64,000 nucleotides of DNA, from contig OY970061.1 in assembly GCA_963705255.1 (NCBI GenBank), positions 1,376,001 to 1,440,000 of the forward strand, in the 5' to 3' direction. Below, piece after piece: positions 40,052 to 50,625 of this stretch. Numbering within the stretch: the first letter of the stretch is position 1; each line of letters opens with the position of its first letter. Made by a program: the position numbers and the translations under genes. The notes under the pieces are model-generated. The model saw nothing but the letters and a program-made list of their open reading frames with translations. It was not told the DNA's origin and made no database searches. This stretch comes from an uncultured Methanoregulaceae archaeon. Lineage in GTDB: Archaea; Halobacteriota; Methanomicrobia; Methanomicrobiales; Methanospirillaceae.

Positions 40052-40246
40052 TCACCCCCCGTGGGCAATCCGGATGACCCGGATCTCGTCACCGTTCTCC
40101 ACGATGGCATCTGCCGTCACAAGCGTCCCGTTCCGTAAGACAAGAACCTCAAGGGAGTTGATCCCGAGGTCCTGCAGGAACACGTCGACCGTCACCGGGG
40201 TGATTTCGGTCACCCTGCTTGTCTTATCCGGAAAAATGATCTTCAT
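40052..40246 (-). CDS. ThiS/SAMP2-like sulfur carrier
   Basis: 64 aa ending GDEIRVIRIAHGG, directly upstream of ncsA. Confidence 0.85.
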   Translation of the reverse strand: MKIIFPDKTSRVTEITPVTVDVFLQDLGINSLEVLVLRNGTLVTADAIVENGDEIRVIRIAHGG

Positions 40247-40377
40247 ACGCTTAACCAGGTACTGGGCAGGCTCATCGGATAAATATCCGGTCTGTTCAAC
40301 GAACTAGCCGGATCCCCACCGGCAGCGACGCTTTGATTAAAAAGGAGCGATGAATAGGATACAGGAGTTTTGAAAGC

Positions 40378-41288
40378 GTGCAGGACAGGACTGACATCAG
40401 GGAAGAGATCCTCCGGCTCAGGGAGGAGCGGCGCGCGATCATTCTTGCGCACAACTACCAGCCTCCTGAAGTTCAGGATATCGCTGACCTGACCGGTGAC
40501 TCCCTTGAACTTTCCCGCGCTGCCGCCGTGATGGAAGGGGAGGTCATCGTCTTCTGCGGCGTGGACTTCATGGCCGAAACTGCTGCAATTCTCTCACCGG
40601 AAAAGACCGTACTGCTTTCCGCGGAGGACGCCTGCTGCCCGATGGCACAGATGATCACGGCTGAAGAGCTCAGGCTCGTGAAATCCCGGTACCGGACGCT
40701 GGCGTCGTCTGCTACGTGAACACGACCGCGGAGGTGAAGGCTGAGAGCGATATCTGCTGCACCTCGTCGAATGCCATCAGGGTTGTCAATTCAGTGGATC
40801 AGGACCAGATCATATTTGTTCCGGACAAGAACCTCGCGCGCTATGCCCAGCGGTTCACCAAAAAAGAGATCCTGCCCTGGGAAGGATTCTGTATCGTTCA
40901 CGACCGGATCACGCCGGAGATGGTACGGAAAGCACGCGATGCCCACCCGGGCGCAGTCCTTCTGGTGCATCCCGAGTGCCGCCCGGAGGTCATCGATCTG
41001 GCGGACCATGTCGCCAGCACCTCAGGCATTGTCCGGCAGGTCTGCAGTTCGGAAGAACACGAGTTCATCATCGGGACCGAGGTCGGGATCCTGCACCGGC
41101 TTGCCCGGGAGTGCAAAGACAAACGCTGCTACCCCCTCTCCCCGGAAGCACTCTGCCGCAACATGAAAAAAACCGATCTGGTAAAAGTCCGGGACGCGCT
41201 TGCCACCCTCCAGCCCCGCATCATCGTGCCGGAAGAGATCGCCAGCCGTGCCCTGGGCGCCATCGAGCGGATGCTGGCGATCCCGTAA
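40378..41288 (+). CDS. nadA: Quinolinate synthase (frameshift near 40695)
   Basis: [29 protein letters not shown]; CTSSNA, HPEC, CRNMK. Confidence 0.92.
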
Positions 41289-41319
41289 ATTCGTCTTTGG
41301 TAACATGCCCATTTTTTTC

Positions 41320-41760
41320 TGAAAGAATCATCAGAAAACTCTCCTAACGCTATTGGGGGAGACTGCTTTTCCCGAAGGGAAGAGCTGGCTGGAGAAGAAC
41401 CCGCAGGGTTCTTCGAACGGTATAGCCCTTGCAGTCGAAGAATTCTGGCGAATTCTTCTCCAATTAATCCTCGCTGATGCGACGATTAATTCCCCGCCGC
41501 TGCGGCAACCCCCATAATGCGATAGTCCCTCAGAAGGTTGGTGAAAAATCTCTGAAAAATAGGGAGAAGTAAAAAATCGGGGGTCAAGGGGATACTCCCC
41601 TTGCATTGCCTCCCCCTCCGGGGAGACTGCTGTTCCCGAAAGGAAGAGCTGGCTGGAGAATGTCTCGAACGTCATCAGACTTGAGACGGGAGAAGACCGT
41701 AGGTCTTCGATCGAACTTGTCAGAGTTCTTCGACTTGAAAGAGGGGGTCACCCTCATAAC
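41320..41760. repeat. Hairpin repeat family, locus C (composite)
   Basis: Cores at 41394-41414, 41437-41458, 41692-41708, 41713-41728; internal direct repeat GGGGAGACTGCT.TTCCCGAA.GGAAGAGCTGGCTGGAGAA at ~41356 and ~41620. Confidence 0.85.
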
Positions 41761-41900
41761 TGACAAATAATATACGAATTACAGGATGAAATAGGATTTT
41801 TAACGAGCCCGAAAATTATACTATCTGGCAATATTTACGAGACTCCTCCACCTCAGGGCCACTCCGGAATGAGGCGGGATAGAAAAAGTATACCCAAATC

Positions 41901-42149
41901 CTATTTCTGCGCCTTCGCATTCTTCCGCGCCATGATCCTGTTGTACATCTCTTCCCCTACGCACTCCTTCGCATGCCTGCACCACTGGACGCAGGACTCG
42001 ATATCGTTGTAGACCACAAAACCGCAGGTGCTGCACTTCACCGATATGTCGTTTGAGAAGATTTCGACTTCCCCGCCACACTGGGGGCACTTCTTGATTG
42101 AGAGCATAGGCGTGCGCAGGTTGGCAGCCCCGGGACAGTGATCGAGCAT
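41901..42149 (-). CDS. Small Cys-rich (zinc-ribbon-like) protein
   Basis: CPG, CPQCG, CSTCG, CVQWC..A..C; GGAG RBS. Confidence 0.75.
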   Translation of the reverse strand: MLDHCPGAANLRTPMLSIKKCPQCGGEVEIFSNDISVKCSTCGFVVYNDIESCVQWCRHAKECVGEEMYNRIMARKNAKAQK

Positions 42150-42152
42150 CGG

Positions 42153-42330
42153 TTACTCCGCCAACAATGTCTGCGTGCCGCCAGAAGAACCCAACGGTCG
42201 TACCATCCGTTCGTCATCTGCATTGGTTGAATTGACCAGCGGGGAGACGCGAACCATGGCCATCTCTTCGGCCGGGTACGGAACGGGAAGTTCTCCGGAT
42301 TCACCGGGTTGCAGGGACCCTGAAAGTCCA
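42153..42330 (-). pseudogene. C-terminal remnant of SOS-response-associated peptidase (SRAP/YedK/HMCES)
   Basis: PYPAEEMAMVRVSPLVNSTNADDERMVRPL matches the SRAP C-terminus; no MCGR N-terminus. Confidence 0.55.
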
Positions 42331-42431
42331 GCGGTTCCTTCGACGTTCTTCTCAAGCCTGTAACGGCCCTTCCGGCCGTTACAGTCTTCCCAAAGATGTA
42401 ATATCGTCCGTGGCCAAGTAACCGGCAGGCA

Positions 42432-43934
42432 ATGAACAAGAAAAAGGTCCTCTCGACCGTACGATATGTGGCGAGCACAAAACCGGTTTTTTTCCTGTCG
42501 GAGATTACAGCGTATTTTGATGACCCAATGACCGTCAGCCGGATATATGGCATCATCAGACCGGAACTTACAAGACTCGGTCTTACGGCAAAAGAGAACG
42601 CCGGTGATGTCGAGATCTCGCGGATAGTTCTGCCGCAACCGTACCTCCTGAACAGGGAAGAGCAGGAACGGACGGAAGCATTTTTTACAGCACGGTCAAT
42701 CCCTGCAGCCCTTGATCGGGGCATCGGGTGCTACCTGTCAAAAAAAGTGGGAAAAGACTGGACGGATCCGGCCATTCTTGAGCGGCTCCGGAGGGCGATC
42801 GTTGCGCAGAAGGACGATTACTGGAAGGCATCCCACAAACGTTCCCTGAAGTACACCAAAGGCTACAGCGTCCTCGGCTACCTTGCATACCATTTCCCGG
42901 TCTATTTCATGCAGACCGAACGTCTCCTCGCCAAGCTCGCACGGGATGGCATGCTGAAAAATACCATGACCATCCTCGATGCCGGGACCGGGCCCGGGGT
43001 CGTCCCGCTCGCCATCGCTGATTTCTACTCACGGCTCGATAGTGCCCGGGCAACCGTCTGGTCGGTAGAGCGTTCGGAAGAACATCTCGAAGCGTTCACG
43101 TTTCTGGCCCGAGAATTTGTAAAAAAAAGCGCCGGCGTTGAGATCATGCCGCCGATAAAAGCGGATCTCAGGGACGTGAATATCTCTCACGTCCCTGAAA
43201 AGATCGATCTCCTGATCTTTTCCAATGTCCTCAATGAATTACCGGATTCGACCCTTGACACGCGGGCCGGCATTGTTGCACGGCTTGCAGAACGGCTGGC
43301 ACCTGATGGTTCTGTCCTCATCATCGAGCCTGCTGACGAGGAGAACGCCACACGGATGCGATCCCTTACGATCGCGCTGGCAACATACGGCCTTTCCATC
43401 CACGCCCCGTGCTCATTCATCTGGGGCACTCCCTGCACTGCCCCCCGCTGCTGGAGTTTTGAGTCCGCTCCGGCCATCAGGATGACAACCGTGATGGAGG
43501 CGCTTGCCCGCTGCGAGGACTCGTACCGGTACGTGAATACGGACATCAAGTACAGTTATGCAGTCCTGCGCAAGGACGGGCAGCGGCGGAGTACCTACCG
43601 GATCTCCCCGGGATCAAAATTCCTGCGGTTGTCCAGAATCCATCTGCACGTGGGAAAACGGGTCAATGTTGCCGGGTTGAAGATGAGCGGGGAACTCGGC
43701 GATGCCCGGAACCATGTATTCAAGATCTGCGACGGGACGGCAAGGACACCGGTGTACGCTGTGCTGCCTTCGTACCACATTACACCAAAAAACGACCTGA
43801 TCACCTCCGCCCCCTATGGAACGGTCCTCGAACTGCGGAACGTGCTGGTACGGTATAACAAGGGACACGATGCGTACAACCTGCTCGTGAGCAGGAATAC
43901 GGAGATACGGATACCGGATTCTGGCAACCGGTAA
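42432..43934 (+). CDS. Class I SAM-dependent methyltransferase (Rsm22-like)
   Basis: YLAYHFP, ILDAGTGPG, FSNVLNEL, IIEPA, APC..C..CW, YSYAVLR. Confidence 0.75.
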   Translation: MNKKKVLSTVRYVASTKPVFFLSEITAYFDDPMTVSRIYGIIRPELTRLGLTAKENAGDVEISRIVLPQPYLLNREEQERTEAFFTARSIPAALDRGIGCYLSKKVGKDWTDPAILERLRRAIVAQKDDYWKASHKRSLKYTKGYSVLGYLAYHFPVYFMQTERLLAKLARDGMLKNTMTILDAGTGPGVVPLAIADFYSRLDSARATVWSVERSEEHLEAFTFLAREFVKKSAGVEIMPPIKADLRDVNISHVPEKIDLLIFSNVLNELPDSTLDTRAGIVARLAERLAPDGSVLIIEPADEENATRMRSLTIALATYGLSIHAPCSFIWGTPCTAPRCWSFESAPAIRMTTVMEALARCEDSYRYVNTDIKYSYAVLRKDGQRRSTYRISPGSKFLRLSRIHLHVGKRVNVAGLKMSGELGDARNHVFKICDGTARTPVYAVLPSYHITPKNDLITSAPYGTVLELRNVLVRYNKGHDAYNLLVSRNTEIRIPDSGNR

Positions 43935-44026
43935 CGGGCGCCGGTCCGGTTGATTCCGTCAGGAACCTGTAGGGATTATTATGAGGGAGACATACAGTAA
44001 CTACAGATATACACCTGTGTGGTCCT

Positions 44027-45025
44027 ATGGATAACCTGAACCTGGGCAGCGATGAGTCCGTCATTCACACAACCCAGAAACTCATTATCAGCGGTGTCGG
44101 TTACATGGCAACCTTCACCGGCAGCCGGCTCATCCTTGTGGAAAGTGATTCAGGAAATCCCGCGGAGAGTATCCCCTATGCAACTATCGTGCTCGCTGTT
44201 GCCGGAACGAACAGGCTGCGTGAACCGGTCATACAACTCACGGTCGGTTCAGGGGAAAGGAGAACACGCGAGACTGAACTCATTTTTATTCATCTGGCTA
44301 CCGGCATGGATCTTCAGAACCGTGACAAATGCATCGCGATCCTCAGGGATCACGGGGTTCCGGTCAGGCTGGAACTGCATCGTGCCGCCTTTCCTTTACT
44401 TAGCAGGAAGGAGAGTATGGACGCTGGGACACGGGAGGTTGACAAACCTTCGGGCCGCCCTGAAGTCCCGGAATGGAGAATCTATGGCATAGCCCGGAAC
44501 ACCAAAAATCCTCTTCCGGAAGAACCGCCACCGGTTTCGCCGCTTCTTACGATCGTTGCTCTGATCCTTATCTTCGGAATCTGTATCGGGGGCATGATCA
44601 TGCTGATACCGGGACCGGTTGAAAAGCCGTCCCTCCCCCACCAGGCGATTACGAAACCTACGACCACCACGATACCGGCTCCCACAACGATCGCGACTCT
44701 CCAGCCTGTGGCAACTACCACACCAGCCGTGCTCTCCCTCCCGGCCCAGTACATTATTCCCAAAACCGGCGTCTGGGTGCGGGTCGATTACCCGGGGAAT
44801 TTTACCGGTCAGATCGCCGCGAACGGGATGGTCCGGGAAGTGAACAGTTCGGGTGATCAGTTCTACCAGATGTACATGAGCAGCGGAACGATCGACGGGT
44901 TCATCGAAAAAGGGGATGGATCCGTCAGGAACATGAGTATCCAGATCTATAAGGGCGGGACACTGGTCACCTACAGCAATACATCCACACCTCGGGGCAT
45001 AGCGGAGATCCATACGACGGTATAA
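44027..45025 (+). CDS. Membrane-anchored hypothetical protein (PH-like N-terminus, TM, Thr/Pro linker, extracellular beta domain)
   Basis: TM LLTIVALILIFGICIGGMIMLI; PT-rich linker; GVWVRVDYPGNFTG. Confidence 0.7.
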   Translation: MDNLNLGSDESVIHTTQKLIISGVGYMATFTGSRLILVESDSGNPAESIPYATIVLAVAGTNRLREPVIQLTVGSGERRTRETELIFIHLATGMDLQNRDKCIAILRDHGVPVRLELHRAAFPLLSRKESMDAGTREVDKPSGRPEVPEWRIYGIARNTKNPLPEEPPPVSPLLTIVALILIFGICIGGMIMLIPGPVEKPSLPHQAITKPTTTTIPAPTTIATLQPVATTTPAVLSLPAQYIIPKTGVWVRVDYPGNFTGQIAANGMVREVNSSGDQFYQMYMSSGTIDGFIEKGDGSVRNMSIQIYKGGTLVTYSNTSTPRGIAEIHTTV

Positions 45026-45307
45026 GCGGAGTGTTTGTACCTGTTCAGACATGCATGGCGTTCCATCATCCTTTTTACCGCGATTTTGCACGAGAGGCTG
45101 CTTTTCCAATCGCGAGGGATTATTCGAAAGCCCCTTTAATAGCCCGTCATTCTGGCACATGGCCCGGAGAGTGTCAGAATAAGATTAATGTTCCAGATTA
45201 TTTCAGGAAAAATCAGGTGTTAATAGGGTAATTTACCCGGAGGTGTAGTGATTGACTGCTGAAGTCTTCTCTCTGGTGTCCGCTCATCACTCGGCCACTA
45301 TCCGGGA

Positions 45308-48082
45308 TCAATAGTACTTGAGGATGACGATCCCCTGGTAGCCGGCGCCACCGTTGGTGCCTGTCGTTCCGCTACCGCCACCGCCAGATCCATATCCCGT
45401 GGCAGACGATCCTGCCGCTTGAAGACCACCAGCACCGGCACCGGTGCAACCGGCACCGCCGGCTGTCCGCCCACCGCCAGAGGCTGCACCGCCACCGCCA
45501 CCACAGGAATACGTTATCGATGAGCCTGATATGGAAGATGCGGTTCCCGTGCCTCCTCCACCGCCGGCAGTAGTAGCAGCAGCAGTACCAGTAGCACCGG
45601 CGCCACCGCCACCGCCGCCAAGATAACTGCCTCCATTACTATTTCCGGCTCCACCATTGTTTCCACCCGTTGTGCCCGTTCCGCCAGCGTTTCCTGACCT
45701 TACGCCACCACCACCGGAACCTCCATTTGCTCCGGTATAATAAGTAGCATAATTACTGCCGCCACCGCCACCACCGGTTGCGGTAATCGTTCCAAATACC
45801 GAGTTGCCCCCATTGGTACCTCGAGTATTTATAGCTCGATGACCCGGCTCCACCGCCACCAACAGTTATCGTATAAGAACTGGATAAACCGGTTAATGTG
45901 CCGGTTAAGACTGCGCCAGCGCCTCCGCCGCCACCGTAGCGCCCTCCGCCACCGCCTCCTGCTACCACGAGGTAATCAACCTTAGTGGCGCCTGAGGGCA
46001 CGGTCGATGGACCCGATGAAGTGAACGTCTGGACGGTATAATAATCGTATTGGTCGCCAGATCCAGTTACGGATGTGCCGTTGGGGGTGGTGACGGTGAT
46101 GTCAACGATTCCGGCTGAACCGCCGGGGAGGTTGTTGTGAGAGTTGTACCGGTGTTTGTCAGGATGGGGGCCGTTGCGGTGCCAAACTTAACTGCAGTCG
46201 CCCCAATAAGGTTCGTCCCGGTGATCGTTACGGGTGTGCCTCCGGCTGACGGACCGGTTGTCGGTGAGATGCTGGTGACGGCCGGGACGGGATTGAATGT
46301 TGCCGAGATGGTATGGGCCGTTATCACGTTGGTGAAGGTATATGTGGCGATGATACCCTGCGATACGCCGTCTACAACGACATTGGCTATAGTATAGCCG
46401 GGGTTGCCGGTGGTCGGGAGTATCGAGTATGCCTGGTTCTGACCATAGACAACGCTTGTTGCACCCAAGGGGGAGATCGTACCGCCGGTTCCTGCCGAAG
46501 ACATGATGACCGGGTTCAATAAAAATGTTGCCGATATCGTGTGGTTCACCGTGACATTGAAGAACGTGTAACTGGTCGCGGTGCCGGTCGGCGATCCAAC
46601 GGGACTGCCGTCTACAAGGATAGTTGCAACATAATAACCGGTATTATTGGTGATGGTATACACCTGGTTGGCACCATAGTTTACGTTCACGACACCGGAT
46701 GGCGAGATCGTTCCGTTGGGGGTGGAGGCGGGGGCCGTTATCGTTAACGTGTTGATCGTAAACTGTGCATTTATCGCATGGCTCGCCGTCACCGGCGGGA
46801 AGGTGTAACTGTTCCCGGAAGGCGTGACATTCGACCCGTCGACGGTTACAAAACTGAGCTGGTAATTGGCATCCGGGGTGAAGGTAAATGACGGGGTGGC
46901 ACTGTAATTTACTGTTTGGATTATGCCGGGGCTTATCGCCCCATTGGCTCCTGCCGAGGGGGTTATCGTATACGTCAGACCCGCAAATGTTGCCGAGATC
47001 GTATGGTTTGCCTGCACGTTGGTAAATGTATAACCTGAAATGGAACCGTTCGGTACACCGTCCACGAGGACATTGGAGATAGAATAGCCGGTGGTATTGG
47101 TTATCGTGAAGCTCTGGTTGGCACCGGAGTTTACATTCACCATACCGGATGGCGAGATCGCTCCGTTGGAGCCGGCTGTGGCATTTATCGTATAGGTTTG
47201 GATCGCGAACCTTGCCGATATCGTATGGTTCGCTGTCACCGGCGGGAAGGTGTAACTGTTCCCGGAAGGTGTGACATTCGACCCGTCGACAGTTACAAAA
47301 CTGAGCTGGTAATTGGCATTCGGGGTGAAGGTAAATGACGGGGTGGCATTGTAATTCACCGTTTGTAGCGTGTTGGGGCTTATCGCCCCGTTGCCTATAG
47401 CCGACGGGGTTATCGTATACTGGTTAATCGCAAATGCTGCCGAGATCGAATGATCTGATGTGACACTCGGGAATGTGTAGGCTGGCACGGCCCCTACCGA
47501 ACTGCCGTCAACTGCCACATCCACAATATGATAACCGGTATTGGGGGTGATAGTGAATTGCTGGCTGTCACCGTAAATTACACCAACTGTGCCGTAGGGG
47601 GAGATCGTTCCTCCGGTCCCGGCTGTTGCCGTTATGGTACGGGATGCAAGGGGCATACCATTCTGCCCAAAATACGCAGAGGCTAATATGGCAGGCGAAG
47701 AAGCCCCGGTATACACGATCTGTACGCTTTTCGCTCCATTCGGGTTCGGGTCAACATAGGTCAGCGTCTCGCCGATGGACCAGGACTGCCATGAAGAATC
47801 CGTCCCTTTCTGAAATGGTTCCACAGTTCCATCGACAAGGATCTGTATGGCTGAACTCTGCAATGTATCCCCCCCGTTATGGTAGATTTGGATCGTGTGC
47901 CCGACGCTGGAGATGATTGCATCCAGAGCAGGGATGTTCACAGGAGTGGGCTGAGACAGCACCGCAACACCGATGACTGCTGCAGCAGTAACCCCGATCG
48001 AGATGAGCAGGACGGCGCCGATAACCTCTGACACGCCGGATTCACGGGTACTGGTCTTTTTCGATTGCTGCACGCGGTACAT
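45308..48082 (-). CDS. Giant pilin-like adhesin: class III signal/DUF1628 pilin, Ig-like repeats, IPT/TIG, Gly-rich domain (frameshifts near 46120 and 45830)
   Basis: RESG/VSEVIGAVLLI, HNGGD; repeats TIT....NG.ISP...YTF..V..NHTISA.F; PAVTSISPTTGP..GGT.VTITG; YLVVAGGGGGG...GIVILKY. Confidence 0.8.
46788..47355. repeat. Near-identical intragenic duplication (~120 bp) in adhesin, offset 447 bp
   Basis: GTCACCGGCGGGAAGGTGTAACTGTTCCCGGAAGG... starts at both 46788 and 47235. Confidence 0.8.
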
Positions 48083-48276
48083 CTCCCCGGATAACCGTTA
48101 TGCTATGTAAGGCATCCCGCTATCTTTAGTTTTTCTTTGGTTCTGATGCCGGTCGGGAGAGCGGAATATTCGGTAGGAGAAAACCTGCCACGTTGATGTA
48201 TCGGTACATTGTAGTATGAGCAGCACGAACCCGCCTTTCGGTGAGCCGTTGAATAAGGGGTGACCGGAAGAGGAGG

Positions 48277-48702
48277 TCACGGAGGTGTCGTGGTGGGGGG
48301 AACTCTCAGTAACTGGACAACGTCTCTGGAGGACCCGCTCGTATATACAACCTCGATGGAGCTCGGCAAAGCCTGGCCTTCTGGCACCTGGTACATGAGC
48401 ATGTCCCCGACTGCCCAGCCGGACCAGTTGCCTCCATTCATCAGGCTGAATGAATTCGTAAGATCGGTCCCGTCCACCAGGATCGACATCCCGGTTCTCT
48501 GAAGCGTATCACCTCCGGTATGGGTGATCAGTATCGTGCGGTTGACGAGGGTGATATCCGCTGTCAGCGAGGGGATAGTCTCCGGTGTCGGCTGTGAGAG
48601 GATCGCAATACCGACGAGTGCTACTGCGCCCCCTACAACAGCGATCAAAAGCATTGCGCCAAAGACATCGGATAACCCGTATTCGTATTCGGTCCGGTTC
48701 AC
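48277..48702 (-). CDS. Archaeal type IV pilin (DUF1628)
   Basis: YG/LSDVFGAMLLIAV, HTGGD, WAVGD. Confidence 0.85.
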   Translation of the reverse strand: MNRTEYEYGLSDVFGAMLLIAVVGGAVALVGIAILSQPTPETIPSLTADITLVNRTILITHTGGDTLQRTGMSILVDGTDLTNSFSLMNGGNWSGWAVGDMLMYQVPEGQALPSSIEVVYTSGSSRDVVQLLRVPPTTTPP

Positions 48703-48705
48703 CGG

Positions 48706-50244
48706 CTATCCACCCACGCCATAAACCGCTGCGGTATAGGTGGCATTCGATGCAATCACGTTGATGCCATAGGTGTCTGTACCAAAGCCGGAGATGTTGA
48801 TAAAACTCTCGGTCGTGGTATTCCCGATGACCGTGCTGGAAGGCAGATCGGCGACCAGGGCGGAATAACTAAAATAATTTGTCCACATCGCCCGTGCCTG
48901 GTCATCGGTGGTATTGATGCCGATCCGGATCCATCTCGTGTTGGCTGTTCCTGTCGCATACGGGAAGATGTAAACAGAGTCGAGGGTTGTCTTGATCTGG
49001 ACAGGGCTGTTGCCTCCGACGGCACTGCCGCCATACGGGTCGGTAATGCTGACTGCATTGATATTCACAGTGATGATCTTATGCGCAGGATTCGACTCGT
49101 CGGTGGAGAATGAGATTTCCGGGGGTAGTTTATAGGTGTTGTTCCCCTGCAGCTGGGAGAGGAAGACACCCCCCATCTGGTAATAATAATTCTGGGAGAT
49201 CCAGTAATTGTTCTGTGCCTGGTATTCAATTGCCCCGAGGGGGATTGGGGTGATCGTATATGGTTCTTCAATAAAGTTGTAGGTGATATTACCGTTCCCG
49301 GTCACCGGGGACAAGGGGTGATCAACCGTGAGATTGATGAAGTCGAGAGCTGACGTCACCGAATTAAGGCCGTACGTGCTGTCCATCAGGTCAACAGAAT
49401 AGGTATTGCCGGGGACGACATTTTGGTACACGGGATAGTTTGTCATCGTAATGATGTTGCCCTTGGTGATACTGATGGTAAGATCCGTGCCGGTGTAGTT
49501 GTATTCGTTTATCGGTACGAGACACACGGGGTAAAAATTAAGAGATTGAACACTATTGATTGGAGTTCCATTCTGGTTTGCATTCGGTACGTCGCCACAA
49601 GGGTTATTGTAATTACAATTATTGGGACAACCGGAGTCGAGAATACTTACGTAGTCCTTATAGAGTGTCGATTGGGGCGTAAGATTTACGGTGGCAACCC
49701 ACCGGGTGGTATTCACGGTCATGCCGAAATTGTCAGTACGGTTAAGAACGAATGACGAGGGGATTGAGATATTGGCATACACGTGGTCCGGCGTGTAATT
49801 GGCCTGCGCCGGGAGACCGACTGAAGTACGTGCTGAAAGATTCAGGGGGTTCAGGATGAGCGACTGGGATGTGATATCCAGGGTCTCGGGATACGTGGTC
49901 CTCAGGTCGACCGAAAGAATACCCGTGGATTTTACAGGACTCATAATCGGGATAACGCTCATCGTCCCCTGGGTATACCCTCCCTCGGTCCCGAGGGTGA
50001 AGGAATTGCTCACGGTTGTCCCCACCTTATTATTGGTGAACAGAGAGTCAAGTCCGATTTTATAATCGACAAACTGGTCATTCACGGCATTCATCTGGAC
50101 GATCTCGTTCTCCCGTCCCTGGGCCGGGACACCATAGGTCAGATAGAGTGAGAACGCTGCTATGATAATTGCGATGATCAGGACAAACCCGATCACTTCA
50201 GACAGAGCATAATCCCCGTTTTGCCCTGCAGCACCATCTCTCAT
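48706..50244 (-). CDS. Large pilin-like protein with class III signal peptide
   Basis: YA/LSEVIGFVLIIAII, NNYWI.Q.YYYQMGGVFL.Q. Confidence 0.75.
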   Translation of the reverse strand: MRDGAAGQNGDYALSEVIGFVLIIAIIIAAFSLYLTYGVPAQGRENEIVQMNAVNDQFVDYKIGLDSLFTNNKVGTTVSNSFTLGTEGGYTQGTMSVIPIMSPVKSTGILSVDLRTTYPETLDITSQSLILNPLNLSARTSVGLPAQANYTPDHVYANISIPSSFVLNRTDNFGMTVNTTRWVATVNLTPQSTLYKDYVSILDSGCPNNCNYNNPCGDVPNANQNGTPINSVQSLNFYPVCLVPINEYNYTGTDLTISITKGNIITMTNYPVYQNVVPGNTYSVDLMDSTYGLNSVTSALDFINLTVDHPLSPVTGNGNITYNFIEEPYTITPIPLGAIEYQAQNNYWISQNYYYQMGGVFLSQLQGNNTYKLPPEISFSTDESNPAHKIITVNINAVSITDPYGGSAVGGNSPVQIKTTLDSVYIFPYATGTANTRWIRIGINTTDDQARAMWTNYFSYSALVADLPSSTVIGNTTTESFINISGFGTDTYGINVIASNATYTAAVYGVGG

Positions 50245-50419
50245 AATCTATTAACTCGTGTATTGTTTAGGTTATAAAGATGTTAGTACATAATCCATCG
50301 GATATTCGGGTAGACACTCTGCCGGCAGGATATACTGCTGGGTCTGGTCCCATTCTAACTACGAAGGATCTCGCGTCTGTTGGATGCAACTTGCTCACTC
50401 AGATGCCCCGGGGGAATTC

Positions 50420-50560
50420 GGCATGTTGAATCTCGAAGAGATGAGACATGAGAAGAACCCGCAGGGTTCTTCGAACAAAGGCTCCGCGGTCGAAGAATTC
50501 TGATGAATTATTTTTAGGCACGTTTATCTACAGAGCGGCAGCCGGGCCTAAGAAGAGTTT
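50420..50560. repeat. Hairpin repeat family, locus D
   Basis: Cores at 50452-50472 and 50492-50513; direct homolog of 41392-41460. Confidence 0.8.
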
Positions 50561-50625
50561 TGAATTACGGACACCTAATAGTAAGATTACTTTTCAGGAC
50601 CGACCGCCTTCCGGTCCGGAAACAG

